In this document: piece after piece, positions 18,764-27,589 of the stretch | How positions within the stretch are numbered: the first letter of the stretch is position 1 | Layout of the letters: every line of letters starts with the position of its first letter | Origin: Bythopirellula sp. | Lineage (GTDB): Bacteria; Planctomycetota; Planctomycetia; Pirellulales; Lacipirellulaceae | Length of the DNA: 64,000 nt | Direction: 5' to 3' | Assembly (NCBI GenBank): GCA_965216565.1 | Contig: OZ244170.1 | Location: forward strand, 608,001 to 672,000 | Made by a program: the position numbers and the translations under genes | The notes under the pieces: generated by a model | The model's input: the letters and a program-made list of their open reading frames with translations, nothing else | Told to the model about the DNA's origin: nothing | The model's database searches: none

Positions 18764-19707
18764 TTAACAAACACGACGTAACGGACTGTTGACTATTACA
18801 AATAAGCAGATCCCCAACAAACATGTAGAAGGTTCAGGAACACTCGTAGAGCCAGCCACGCTTGCGGGTAGAATTCCGATAATGTTGTCGAATTCAAGAC
18901 GACCGAGGCCATTACTCCAGTCTGCGATGGGGGCGTCGGTGGCATACTGACTCTCCCAGACACTCAAATCACCAGAACCAACGATCCCATCCAGATTGGC
19001 GTTGCCGCTGGCAAAAGGAATTGCAAAGCCACCGTCAAATGTGCCGTGATTCTGCTGCCATGTCAGGAAATCCAATCCGTCGACACTGGAACTGGCATCG
19101 AAGTCACCGCTATGAAACTTAACCGGAGGTGCTGAGTCGGGATCGACGTCCCCCGTCAACATAAGCATCTTGATTTGGGCCGCGTTGCGCGGGTTGCCTT
19201 CTAAGAAGTCATCGAACATGACTGTGTAGGTTTGGAATTCCTCGGTTAGCATTACAGGCTCATCATAAAGATCACTGCAAGCGTTCATCGATGTCCCGCA
19301 GGCGTCATTAGTATCCCACTGCAACCCGAACTTAATTGGTGACAAACCCGTAAAGACCTCATTGTTAGGATCGTCCGGGTCGATGTCTCGGATAAACCTG
19401 GCATCAATCGAGTATCCGACGTAGGGCGTCAGATCGATGGTGGTGGGGAAGAAGAAGGACCAACTTCGCCAATACCAAAGTCGTTAGGGCTGGTCGAATT
19501 CTCGGTGAAGTTTCCCGTATGTGAAGCACAGACGTTTCCGAGTGTGTCGCAATCAGGGATCAGGCCGCTGTCTGTCGTGATGTTCCCAAAATGTAAGAAG
19601 TCGTCGATGGCAGACTGGAAATCGAACAGTACGGTTTGCCCCTGGACCAGCGATCCTGTAACAACGGTCAGTACAACTGCGCCAAACAGTCTTGAACATG
19701 AATGCAT
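18764..19707 (-). pseudogene. PEP-CTERM surface protein (CBM-like + dockerin/EF-hand-like repeat) split by a frameshift near 19432-19460
   Basis: ORF 19429..19707 has the signal peptide; the adjacent frame continues IDLTPYVGYSIDARF... into ORF 18764..19345 ending VPEP-TM-RR; both halves align with one domain of the 23287 protein. Confidence 0.8.
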
Positions 19708-19882
19708 TGAGCTGCTCCTGGTCAGGAAGAAATTATGAGGCAGAGACTAACGACAACTTCGGTGTCTTTCTCAATTAGCATTCAACGCTCGATCGCGAAG
19801 AAGGCGTCCTCAAAAAAAGTACACGTGGTGCAGTTACCTGGGGCCAATACGCTGCAAATGCAAGGAAAAAGGGCCTTCAGTA

Positions 19883-19923
19883 AGTTACTTAGGCATCTTA
19901 ATTAAGTAGGATGAGGAATGCAA
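19883..19923 (-). promoter_or_regulatory. Promoter TTGCAT-N17-TAAGAT overlapped by putative ROK operator (19883-19907)
   Basis: AGTTACTTAGG-CAT-CTTAATTAAGT; -35 at 19923-19918, -10 at 19900-19895. Confidence 0.72.
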
Positions 19924-20032
19924 TACTATTGCTCTCGCTTTTTGAGAATTCTCATTTCCACGCTGAAATACATGATCTTGTCTTCTCGAGTCTTGGTAGT
20001 TCGAGTACGAAGGGCTAGTCGCTGCGCCCGTT

Positions 20033-22009
20033 CTAAGCCCATGTAGCCCCAGCGAGTCTGGCGTGCTCATTGGCTCGGGCAGGGTCCGAGCATCGGTACA
20101 GAGAAGCCAGTTGCTCATGAGATGCGGCCGGCTCGTGCCCCATCGATAGGCTATTCTCAAAGGCAGCGATTGCCTCTTGCTCACGCTCTAGCCCACGGAG
20201 GGCGACCCCTAAGTGGAAGTGGGCGTCAGGAAAATAGTGCTGAAGTCCAACAGCCTCTAAGGCTAGTTCGGCGGCTTCCTGGAATTGGTATCGCTCGTTT
20301 AGAATTTGCGCTAGTCCAGCCATCGCCCATGGGTTTTCTTCGTAGAGTTCCATGGACCGCTGGAAAACGATCTCTGCCTGATCCCAGCATTCAAGCTCAG
20401 TCAGTAGTCGACCTAGCCGATTGATCATTCCTAAATCTGCTAATCCCGAACTAAGAATTGCTGATGCCGTTTGCAAGGCTGCCTCGCTATCTCCGCGAGC
20501 GTGGGCAATCCGAGCCAGTAAGTACTGGACATCGACCGTGCCGAGGAGTTCTTCTGGCAGCATCGCGATCGTCTGCTCACACTCGTCAAACTGACCCTTG
20601 CTGCAATAGAGAGAAGCCAAACGACATTTGTACGATTGCTCCTGCGGATTCTCCTCGATCAATGTTTGCAACAGCGGGATCGCTTTTTCTGCCCGGTGGC
20701 TCGTTGAGAGGGCTCTTACCAAGTTATGTCGTTGATCAAGTAGGCACTTTCGAACGGCTTCTTCGGCATCTTCCCCAGGTGCCTCGATATATCCTAAATC
20801 GACGAGATGTTTAATGGCTTCGGCAGACTCAGCTGGATCTTCACGTACCTCCACGGGGTGCATGCCAGAGTCTCCGTCCTGCTCATCCCATGACGGGATA
20901 ATTTCAACAGTCTGCGGCACATCAAAGATCTCGACCCAGGGTCGTCCATCCATGTCTTTTCCTACTGGAAGACCGAGGAGTGTCAGAATGGTCGGAGTTA
21001 CATCTAATACCGTTGCCCCGTACAGAGGCTCGCCACTCTTGATGCCAGGACCGGCCAGACAAGCGATTCCATGATGACGATGCCATCCTGTGGGGTTGTC
21101 CATACCGTCCGCACTTGGACGTAAGTCATCATTCTTGAATCCGTGGTCACTGATTAAGATCACGGTTGTGTCAGGGCCCGCCAGTTGAAGTTGGGTACCG
21201 AGCATCATGTCGTGAAATCGGTAGCAATTCTCCATGACCTCGCCGAAGATGGCTACGTCTTGCTTTGAAACGCCTTCCAACTGAGGAGGACGGTAAGGCA
21301 TGAAAGTATGCCCAAACTCGTCGATGCCAATGAAGTAAACGGCAGTCAAATCCCAATCGTCGTTTTTGTGAAGCAGATGAGTCGCTGCGGCCTGAACTGT
21401 TGCTGTGCGGGCTATCAGACCTGCAAGCTTTCTAAGTCGATCATCGTCTTGCTGTGGCACCTCACCAGCTTTAGGGACAAATGGTAGGATGGCATCGGCT
21501 TCAATTTGGCCAATGCCGACGATCAACCGAGACATCTCTTCTGCCAAAGACTCCGGGTGAAAAGTTCCGGTCGGACAATCGTAGATGTTCTCGCCAGCAA
21601 CGGTTTGGGCGACAAAGCGATCGGTGACGATCGATCCCTTGATTGGTTCGGCTGGATGGCTAGCAAACCAGGAAACCACTTGCGAAGTCAAATCAGACTG
21701 CGTCAATATGTTCCACAGTGCTTTACACTTCCTTGAGGTACTAGTCACGGGACGAACACCCGTTCGATCTGGTTTCGGTTCTATGAAACCGTAGATCCCA
21801 TGTTTGTCGGCACGTTTCCCAGTGGCAATCGAATTCCACAGCATGGGAGATAATATCGGTTGAATCGTCGCAAGATTCCCAGATACACCCCGATCCATCA
21901 GTCCCTGAAGATTCGGAAGCTTCCCCTGTGCCAGTAGTGGGCGAATCATCTGCCAGTCGGCCCCATCCCAGCCGATCAACAAGATCTTTTTTGCTAACCG
22001 ATGACCCAT
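20033..22009 (-). CDS. Alkaline phosphatase superfamily (NPP/type I phosphodiesterase-like) protein with C-terminal TPRs
   Basis: IGWDGADW, P.LSP..W.SIATG, D..GH, SDHGF, L..LGYI, followed by about 6 TPR-like repeats; no signal peptide. Confidence 0.88.
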   Translation of the reverse strand: MGHRLAKKILLIGWDGADWQMIRPLLAQGKLPNLQGLMDRGVSGNLATIQPILSPMLWNSIATGKRADKHGIYGFIEPKPDRTGVRPVTSTSRKCKALWNILTQSDLTSQVVSWFASHPAEPIKGSIVTDRFVAQTVAGENIYDCPTGTFHPESLAEEMSRLIVGIGQIEADAILPFVPKAGEVPQQDDDRLRKLAGLIARTATVQAAATHLLHKNDDWDLTAVYFIGIDEFGHTFMPYRPPQLEGVSKQDVAIFGEVMENCYRFHDMMLGTQLQLAGPDTTVILISDHGFKNDDLRPSADGMDNPTGWHRHHGIACLAGPGIKSGEPLYGATVLDVTPTILTLLGLPVGKDMDGRPWVEIFDVPQTVEIIPSWDEQDGDSGMHPVEVREDPAESAEAIKHLVDLGYIEAPGEDAEEAVRKCLLDQRHNLVRALSTSHRAEKAIPLLQTLIEENPQEQSYKCRLASLYCSKGQFDECEQTIAMLPEELLGTVDVQYLLARIAHARGDSEAALQTASAILSSGLADLGMINRLGRLLTELECWDQAEIVFQRSMELYEENPWAMAGLAQILNERYQFQEAAELALEAVGLQHYFPDAHFHLGVALRGLEREQEAIAAFENSLSMGHEPAASHEQLASLYRCSDPARANEHARLAGATWA

Positions 22010-22033
22010 AGCCTGTGTCTCGAAGTGAAGAAA

Positions 22034-22061
22034 GAGGAGCGTTCCCCTTGGAACGCTCCTC
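22034..22061 (-). terminator. Perfect 12-bp stem-loop between the PEP-CTERM gene and the AlkP-TPR gene
   Basis: GAGGAGCGTTCC-CCTT-GGAACGCTCCTC; followed by TTTCTT on the minus strand. Confidence 0.7.
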
Positions 22062-22099
22062 CCCGAATATCGTCTTAATAAAATCTAACCATTCTTGGC

Positions 22100-22915
22100 T
22101 TAAATCGACGTTCGCCGACGACGCGCGAGGCCCAGTCCTCCACATCCTGCAGCTAACAGAGCCAAACTACTTGGTTCCGGTACACCTGCTGGAATCGGCG
22201 TATTGGGTATCATCTCGAACGCGAATTCCGTTAGAGTTGCACTCCAGAATCCCGGTGGGTTCGGAGCAGTGCTGGGTGGGTTCACATCGATTTGCGCCCA
22301 GCCATACTTCACGTCGCCTGTGCCATCGAAATCCCATTGGAGTCCAACGAACATGCTCGTATTTATCTTGTTGTATGCGGTATAGGCACCACGGGCACCT
22401 ACATCTGCATAAAACGTGGGCGACATCGTCGCACGGCTAATCAAGAAGTTTGAAGGTACCGACTCGACGTAGTAGCCAGGATTAGGATCAGCAGGAGCAA
22501 CTGAACCTGGATTACCAAAGAGGGACAACACCTGATTGCCTTCACCTGCACCCGGGACAGAGGGAGCGGCAATGGGGGCGCCTACCAAACCAACGTGTGC
22601 TCCTCGTTCGTCGCCGACGATTCCCGCGAGCGGTCGAGGCGAAACGCGAATCTGGTTTTGTGCTCCGGGAGCAATGATCGTAAATTCCGGCGCGCCACCG
22701 TCTGGATTGATGTCGATGAACTGCGAAGTGCCGCTGAGATTGTTCGTGATGGTCACATCCGGTACGTCATAGACTCGAATGGCACCATGAGCTGCCGTCG
22801 TACACGCGAATGCACCCAGACCAGCAGCTGATGAGTAGTATTGAAGTTTTCGGAGAAACTTTTGTCTGCGTTCGTTGGCGCTCTCACTGCGCGTGTTGTT
22901 TCTGGCACGTTTCAT
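22100..22915 (-). CDS. PEP-CTERM sorting-domain protein with extended N-terminal leader
   Basis: VPEPSSLALLAAG...RRRR tail; FVGL...YGW....FAFE..P..PI.AG region; GGAG RBS upstream. Confidence 0.88.
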   Translation of the reverse strand: MKRARNNTRSESANERRQKFLRKLQYYSSAAGLGAFACTTAAHGAIRVYDVPDVTITNNLSGTSQFIDINPDGGAPEFTIIAPGAQNQIRVSPRPLAGIVGDERGAHVGLVGAPIAAPSVPGAGEGNQVLSLFGNPGSVAPADPNPGYYVESVPSNFLISRATMSPTFYADVGARGAYTAYNKINTSMFVGLQWDFDGTGDVKYGWAQIDVNPPSTAPNPPGFWSATLTEFAFEMIPNTPIPAGVPEPSSLALLAAGCGGLGLARRRRTSI

Positions 22916-23070
22916 TAGTCACTCGCTCCCATAGGTTGTTTGGCTTCGGAAAGATTCTGCAAAACCACAATAGGCATCAACTCTTGTCGATTAACCTTCG
23001 ATTGGCCTACTTCTGTCCGCGATTGGGCGAGAGAGCTCATCCATATTCACTATAAATAAAGCCCCTCTTG

Positions 23071-23111
23071 ACTTATGTAAGTATCTTAATAAAGTATCAT
23101 TATGTAAGCAA
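23071..23111 (-). promoter_or_regulatory. Promoter TTGCTT-N17-TAAGAT overlapped by putative ROK operator (23071-23095)
   Basis: ACTTATGTAAG-TAT-CTTAATAAAGT; -35 at 23111-23106, -10 at 23088-23083. Confidence 0.72.
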
Positions 23112-23286
23112 GCTATTTCTTTCTATTTTTTAAATGTCTTTTTGATGCGGCTTACGGGCTCGCGAATTTAGCCTGGAATAATCGTGGTATATCGATCCGA
23201 TCGGTATCAATTGGACGATTGTGTAGGGCCGCAATTCCACGACAGATGAGCAGGCTCGTGGCCGTCGACAAAGACTCGGGATGTAG

Positions 23287-24909
23287 ATGCCAGGTACTAA
23301 GAACACCATGAGATGCACCGTGGAGAATTATCGAAACGCTCCTCTTCCGATCTGTCTTTTCGTTCCCGCTACGGCTCTCCTGGTACTCTGCGCCTTTTTC
23401 GACGGGACTAATCTATCTGCCGCGAGCTTAGATTTCGCCGGCAGGACTTGGAACATCAAGCAATCGAATACGCCCGTAGGCCCGGGGCCGAACCATTTTT
23501 CCGATAGCCCTAACGATGTGTGGTCCGATCAGGAAGGCCTTCACCTAACGATTCAACAAACGGGTGGCATATGGAATAGTACTGAGGTGATACTCGATGA
23601 AAGTCTTGGTTATGGGACTTATATGTTCCAGACGAAAACCCGACAGGACATATTGGACGCCAATGCAGTATTTGGTGCGTTTACCTGGGATTCCTTCGGT
23701 GGCAGTCCAATACCAAATAGTCCTAACCGAGAAATTGATTTTGAAGACTCTCGATTCGGAAATCCCCTTGCGACGACGAACTCTCAATTCGTTGTGCAAC
23801 CCTTCGACGTTGCCGGAAATCTGCAAAAGGTGACACTGCCAGACCTGAGCCAAGACTCTAACTTAACGCGTTTCTTTACTTGGTCTCCTGGTGAGGTAGA
23901 GTTCACAGCATTGAAGGGCCATTACTTGCCAGGCAGCTATCCCCAGAGCGCCGTCATTCAGCAGTTTACTTATCTAGACGACGGCGGTAACCATCGCGTA
24001 CCGATCCCAGATCGAGAGAACTTCCGTTTCAACTTGTGGCTTTTCGAGAGTAGCTCCCCAGCTAGTGCTGCGCCTGTAGAAGTGATAGTAAATGATTTTC
24101 AGTTCTTTCCCTTACCACCATCGAATGACGAACTGCTATTTGATTTTGAAACTGGTAGCCAAGGTTGGGGGTCGTTTGGTGCCATAACGCTAGCCAGTGG
24201 TGAACTCCCCACAGGCGGATCGGAGGGGCAGGGCAGGTTTCATTCCGGCGACTTCAGCCAGCCCGACGCAGGCAATTTTGGCATCGTCGACGTTTCTCCT
24301 GCTGGTCTAGATCTATCTAGCTACGTTGGATTATCCGTAGATGCTCTATTCAGAGACGTTCCTGGACAACCACCTTTCGTGGGGATAAAGGAGCTAGACA
24401 TTATCATCGAAACCTCATCGGCAGAGGAATTCTTTGCCCCGAAAGTCACGATGACCGACGACTTCGGTACCTTTGCAGTGGCCTTCGAAGATTTTCAGAG
24501 TGGGGCAACTTCACTTCCTCCAACACCGACCGATTTGAGCGACGCGTCAATCAAGCTTGTCGTGTTGAATGAGAATGGCACGGGGACTGCTGAACTAATC
24601 TACGACGAAATCTATGGGTTGCACTCCATAAACAATGCTGACTTCGATGCCAATGCTATTGTAGACGGGCTTGATTTCCTTGCCTGGCAAACGGGATTTG
24701 GCAAAGGCAACACGCATAGCCAGGGCGATGCAAATAGCAGCAGGACCGTTGATAGCGCGGATCGATTGCTCTGGGAGAGTCAATACGGCACACCGGGCGG
24801 CAATTTGTTGAGCAGTGTAACAACAGTCCCTGAGCCATCCAGTCTGGTCATTGCCTGTACGGTGCTACTGAGTGTGATTGGTCCGGGCGCTTGCCGACAA
24901 ATCTTCTAG
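23287..24909 (+). CDS. GH16-like glycoside hydrolase + CBM-like domain + dockerin-like repeat + PEP-CTERM
   Basis: GPGPN, LHLTI, GYGTY.F, EIDFE (GH16 ExDxE); ADFDANAIVDGLDFLAWQ; VPEP. Confidence 0.8.
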   Translation: MPGTKNTMRCTVENYRNAPLPICLFVPATALLVLCAFFDGTNLSAASLDFAGRTWNIKQSNTPVGPGPNHFSDSPNDVWSDQEGLHLTIQQTGGIWNSTEVILDESLGYGTYMFQTKTRQDILDANAVFGAFTWDSFGGSPIPNSPNREIDFEDSRFGNPLATTNSQFVVQPFDVAGNLQKVTLPDLSQDSNLTRFFTWSPGEVEFTALKGHYLPGSYPQSAVIQQFTYLDDGGNHRVPIPDRENFRFNLWLFESSSPASAAPVEVIVNDFQFFPLPPSNDELLFDFETGSQGWGSFGAITLASGELPTGGSEGQGRFHSGDFSQPDAGNFGIVDVSPAGLDLSSYVGLSVDALFRDVPGQPPFVGIKELDIIIETSSAEEFFAPKVTMTDDFGTFAVAFEDFQSGATSLPPTPTDLSDASIKLVVLNENGTGTAELIYDEIYGLHSINNADFDANAIVDGLDFLAWQTGFGKGNTHSQGDANSSRTVDSADRLLWESQYGTPGGNLLSSVTTVPEPSSLVIACTVLLSVIGPGACRQIF

Positions 24910-25026
24910 TAGAACACAAAGTCAACTTGGAAGATCAGGTCGGACTGGGCCACTGCGGGAGTCAGCTCAAGTTATTGTCCGTGACTAAACTCAAAGGGTT
25001 CCGCTAGCGGCAGAATCTTGCCGGCT

Positions 25027-27237
25027 TCAAGCTCGCAACAATCTTCGAGAACTACTCGCAAGCCCTATTGCAATAGACAGAAGCAACAATGCGTTCGGTT
25101 CCGGTACCGAAGCGGCAGCGGCAGACTGCGAATTCGTACCGTAATTTGCTTCCCAGTCGCTTAGGGAGCCCACGCTTGGATCGGACTGCCAGAATAGAAA
25201 ATCCAGTCCGTCTACAAAACCATCATCATTGAAGTCACCGGCAAGGGGTAAGCCGGCCAAGATCGTGTCGAGTTGCTGCGCAGACAAGCCACCGTTCTGA
25301 TGGAAGATGATCGCATCGATTTCGCTATCCCCTTCCCGACGACCCAAACGAAACTCTAATGGCATTCCGACGTGAGACGCGCTGATACTGAATTCGTCAC
25401 CATTCTCCCAGCGGAAGATACCATTGCTGGAGATGTTTTCCGTACTATCTGGATCCACTCCAAAGTCGTCAGGTGTATAAAAGCTATCGGAGGAACCATC
25501 AAATCCACGGGCGAGGTAGTAGGCGGTGTAGTCGCCTTCTTCACTAAACGCAATGTCGTAAAGAGCCAAGGTTTCGTGGGGATCTCCTGGCAAGTCCGTC
25601 CGACTGCCTTCCGGCGCCTTGATGACTTCGCCACCAGATGCCTCGTTGACGCTGGCGACGGTCCAGATATCGCCGTCATTGTCGGGGTCCGTGATCGCGG
25701 TGAAGTCTTCAGCCTCGATAACAAGAAAATTTCCCGGCGGGAGCTGTACCGGCGGCGGCCATACATCAGGCTCTTCGTAGAGAAACCAGGACGCTCCCAC
25801 GTCGGAAGTGGTCAAAGGCTTGCGAACAATCTGGGCTGCGGAACTCTCGTCGGCTCCGATGTCGAACAAACCGATGCGTGGCTGCCCGTCGAAATCGTCG
25901 GTGACATAATTGGCTGTAACGGCATCGATCGCTGGGCTTCCAGCCGAAGGACGCCACAGGCCATCGGGGGCCAGGGCCAACTGGGGATCAACGACATCGA
26001 TCCCTGGACGAGGGGCAATGCCTAGCGAGGCTCCAAACGCGATGTTGTCTTCCCAAATGTATCCGGTGCCTTCCGACCCTTCAAAAAGTGGTGCAGCGGT
26101 ACTGGAGATTAGGTTGCGGGCGACGGTAACATTTTTCGGGAGCACCGAGCGACCGCTTGAACCATGCCCCCAGTCCATCGTGAGGCCTGCCCCACCGACG
26201 TTCACGACGGTGTTATGAGCAATCAGGACGCCGTCTACAGGTTGGTAACCGCTTGGATTTGAACCGGTCGTTCCAGAAGCAAGCGAGATTGCCCCGTCCG
26301 CCGCGTCGTCGACATCGGCGATATAGTTATTGACAATCACATGGTCTTCGCCGACCACTCGAATACCACCCGAGTCGGTAGTTCCCTCGCCCAGGAAGAA
26401 GTTTCCTTCTACAAGTGCGCGATGGCCATGGCGTAACGTCAGCGTTCCCTTGGATTCTCGAAACGTGTTGTAACGGAAGATATTGTCATTCGCCTTGCTG
26501 GAAATGATCTCAATTTCCCCATCGACTCTCTCGAAGAGATTGTTTTCAACCAGGATATGAGTATCGTAGTGGCTGAACTCACTTTCGCCCAAGCGGATCG
26601 CTTCGAATCCATTGGCCCAACCCTGGGGGCGATCGCCAAAATGGTTGGAGTCGATCTGGTGACGCGCCTCAGAATTCGGATCGGTCTCATCTAGCCAGGC
26701 GACTATTTGAGGTCCAATGTTTTGTTGGTCGAGAAACCGGTTATTATCAACCCGATTTTGTTCGCCATAAAGAGAGATATAGTGCCATTTGTCGTTGAGA
26801 TCGTTCGGATTGTAGTAGGATTCGATGACGGAATTCGTGAAACGTGAGTTTGTCGCCTCACCCAGAGATCCGCGAAACTGCACTACATGATCGGAGTTTT
26901 CGAGTATCCCACCTTTGAAGTGCAGACCATCAACGACCAAGTGCGAGCCGGATATCTTGAGTTGCGAAGAACCGTTGAGAATCACACTGCCGGGAGTTTC
27001 GGCTCGAAGTGTGATCGGCATCGCAGCCGTTCCAATGCCGGCAAAGTTGATATCCTCGTCCGTCCAGGTGCCGTTGGCCATGATCAACGTATCGCCCGGC
27101 CCTGCCGTATCTAATGCGGTTTCGATGTCGTCCGCATCGGAAACATTGAAGATCGTTGCCAAGGAGGGGTTAGTGGCCGCAAAGAGAAAACTCGTCGCGA
27201 TGAAAAGAGTACGTAGATTCGGGATACTATTCTTCAA
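25027..27237 (-). CDS. PL6 polysaccharide lyase (chondroitinase B/alginate lyase-like) with PEP-CTERM
   Basis: PGDTL.M.NG.W, PITLRAETPG.V, NG.E.IRLG.S, DGEIEIISSK, TLRHG; GDFNDDGFVDGLDFL; VPEP. Confidence 0.9.
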   Translation of the reverse strand: MKNSIPNLRTLFIATSFLFAATNPSLATIFNVSDADDIETALDTAGPGDTLIMANGTWTDEDINFAGIGTAAMPITLRAETPGSVILNGSSQLKISGSHLVVDGLHFKGGILENSDHVVQFRGSLGEATNSRFTNSVIESYYNPNDLNDKWHYISLYGEQNRVDNNRFLDQQNIGPQIVAWLDETDPNSEARHQIDSNHFGDRPQGWANGFEAIRLGESEFSHYDTHILVENNLFERVDGEIEIISSKANDNIFRYNTFRESKGTLTLRHGHRALVEGNFFLGEGTTDSGGIRVVGEDHVIVNNYIADVDDAADGAISLASGTTGSNPSGYQPVDGVLIAHNTVVNVGGAGLTMDWGHGSSGRSVLPKNVTVARNLISSTAAPLFEGSEGTGYIWEDNIAFGASLGIAPRPGIDVVDPQLALAPDGLWRPSAGSPAIDAVTANYVTDDFDGQPRIGLFDIGADESSAAQIVRKPLTTSDVGASWFLYEEPDVWPPPVQLPPGNFLVIEAEDFTAITDPDNDGDIWTVASVNEASGGEVIKAPEGSRTDLPGDPHETLALYDIAFSEEGDYTAYYLARGFDGSSDSFYTPDDFGVDPDSTENISSNGIFRWENGDEFSISASHVGMPLEFRLGRREGDSEIDAIIFHQNGGLSAQQLDTILAGLPLAGDFNDDGFVDGLDFLFWQSDPSVGSLSDWEANYGTNSQSAAAASVPEPNALLLLSIAIGLASSSRRLLRA

Positions 27238-27589
27238 CAGTGCTCTCCCTTCGATGAGTCTTGATCAGGGATTCAGAGTTTTCCCTCTACCCTCTATTGA
27301 GCCAGAGAATCGCGAATCGCTCAATCCGATTAGTAAGAGCAAGATTCCTGTTTTGGTACAACTATGAGAAGGTGAATTCCAGTCACCTATCGGCGGAGTG
27401 ATAAATGTCATTATTGCCGCTTGGATATCAGCTACGCACAGACGGCGGGAGTACCACATGGACTGCCCGTATATATTAAGGCAGTCAATGACGTGAGAAT
27501 TATTTCCATTGCCTGAATTTCTCTCGATATCTGCTATACTGCTTCTGCAAGTTATCAACAATGAGTTGATCTAGATTGGGGAGTCGCTC

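Noticed and set aside
25372..26025. 217-aa plus-strand ORF, and similar antisense ORFs at 39696-40253, 48134-48637 and 62168-62620
   Set aside because: Antisense shadows of well-supported genes in GC-rich coding sequence
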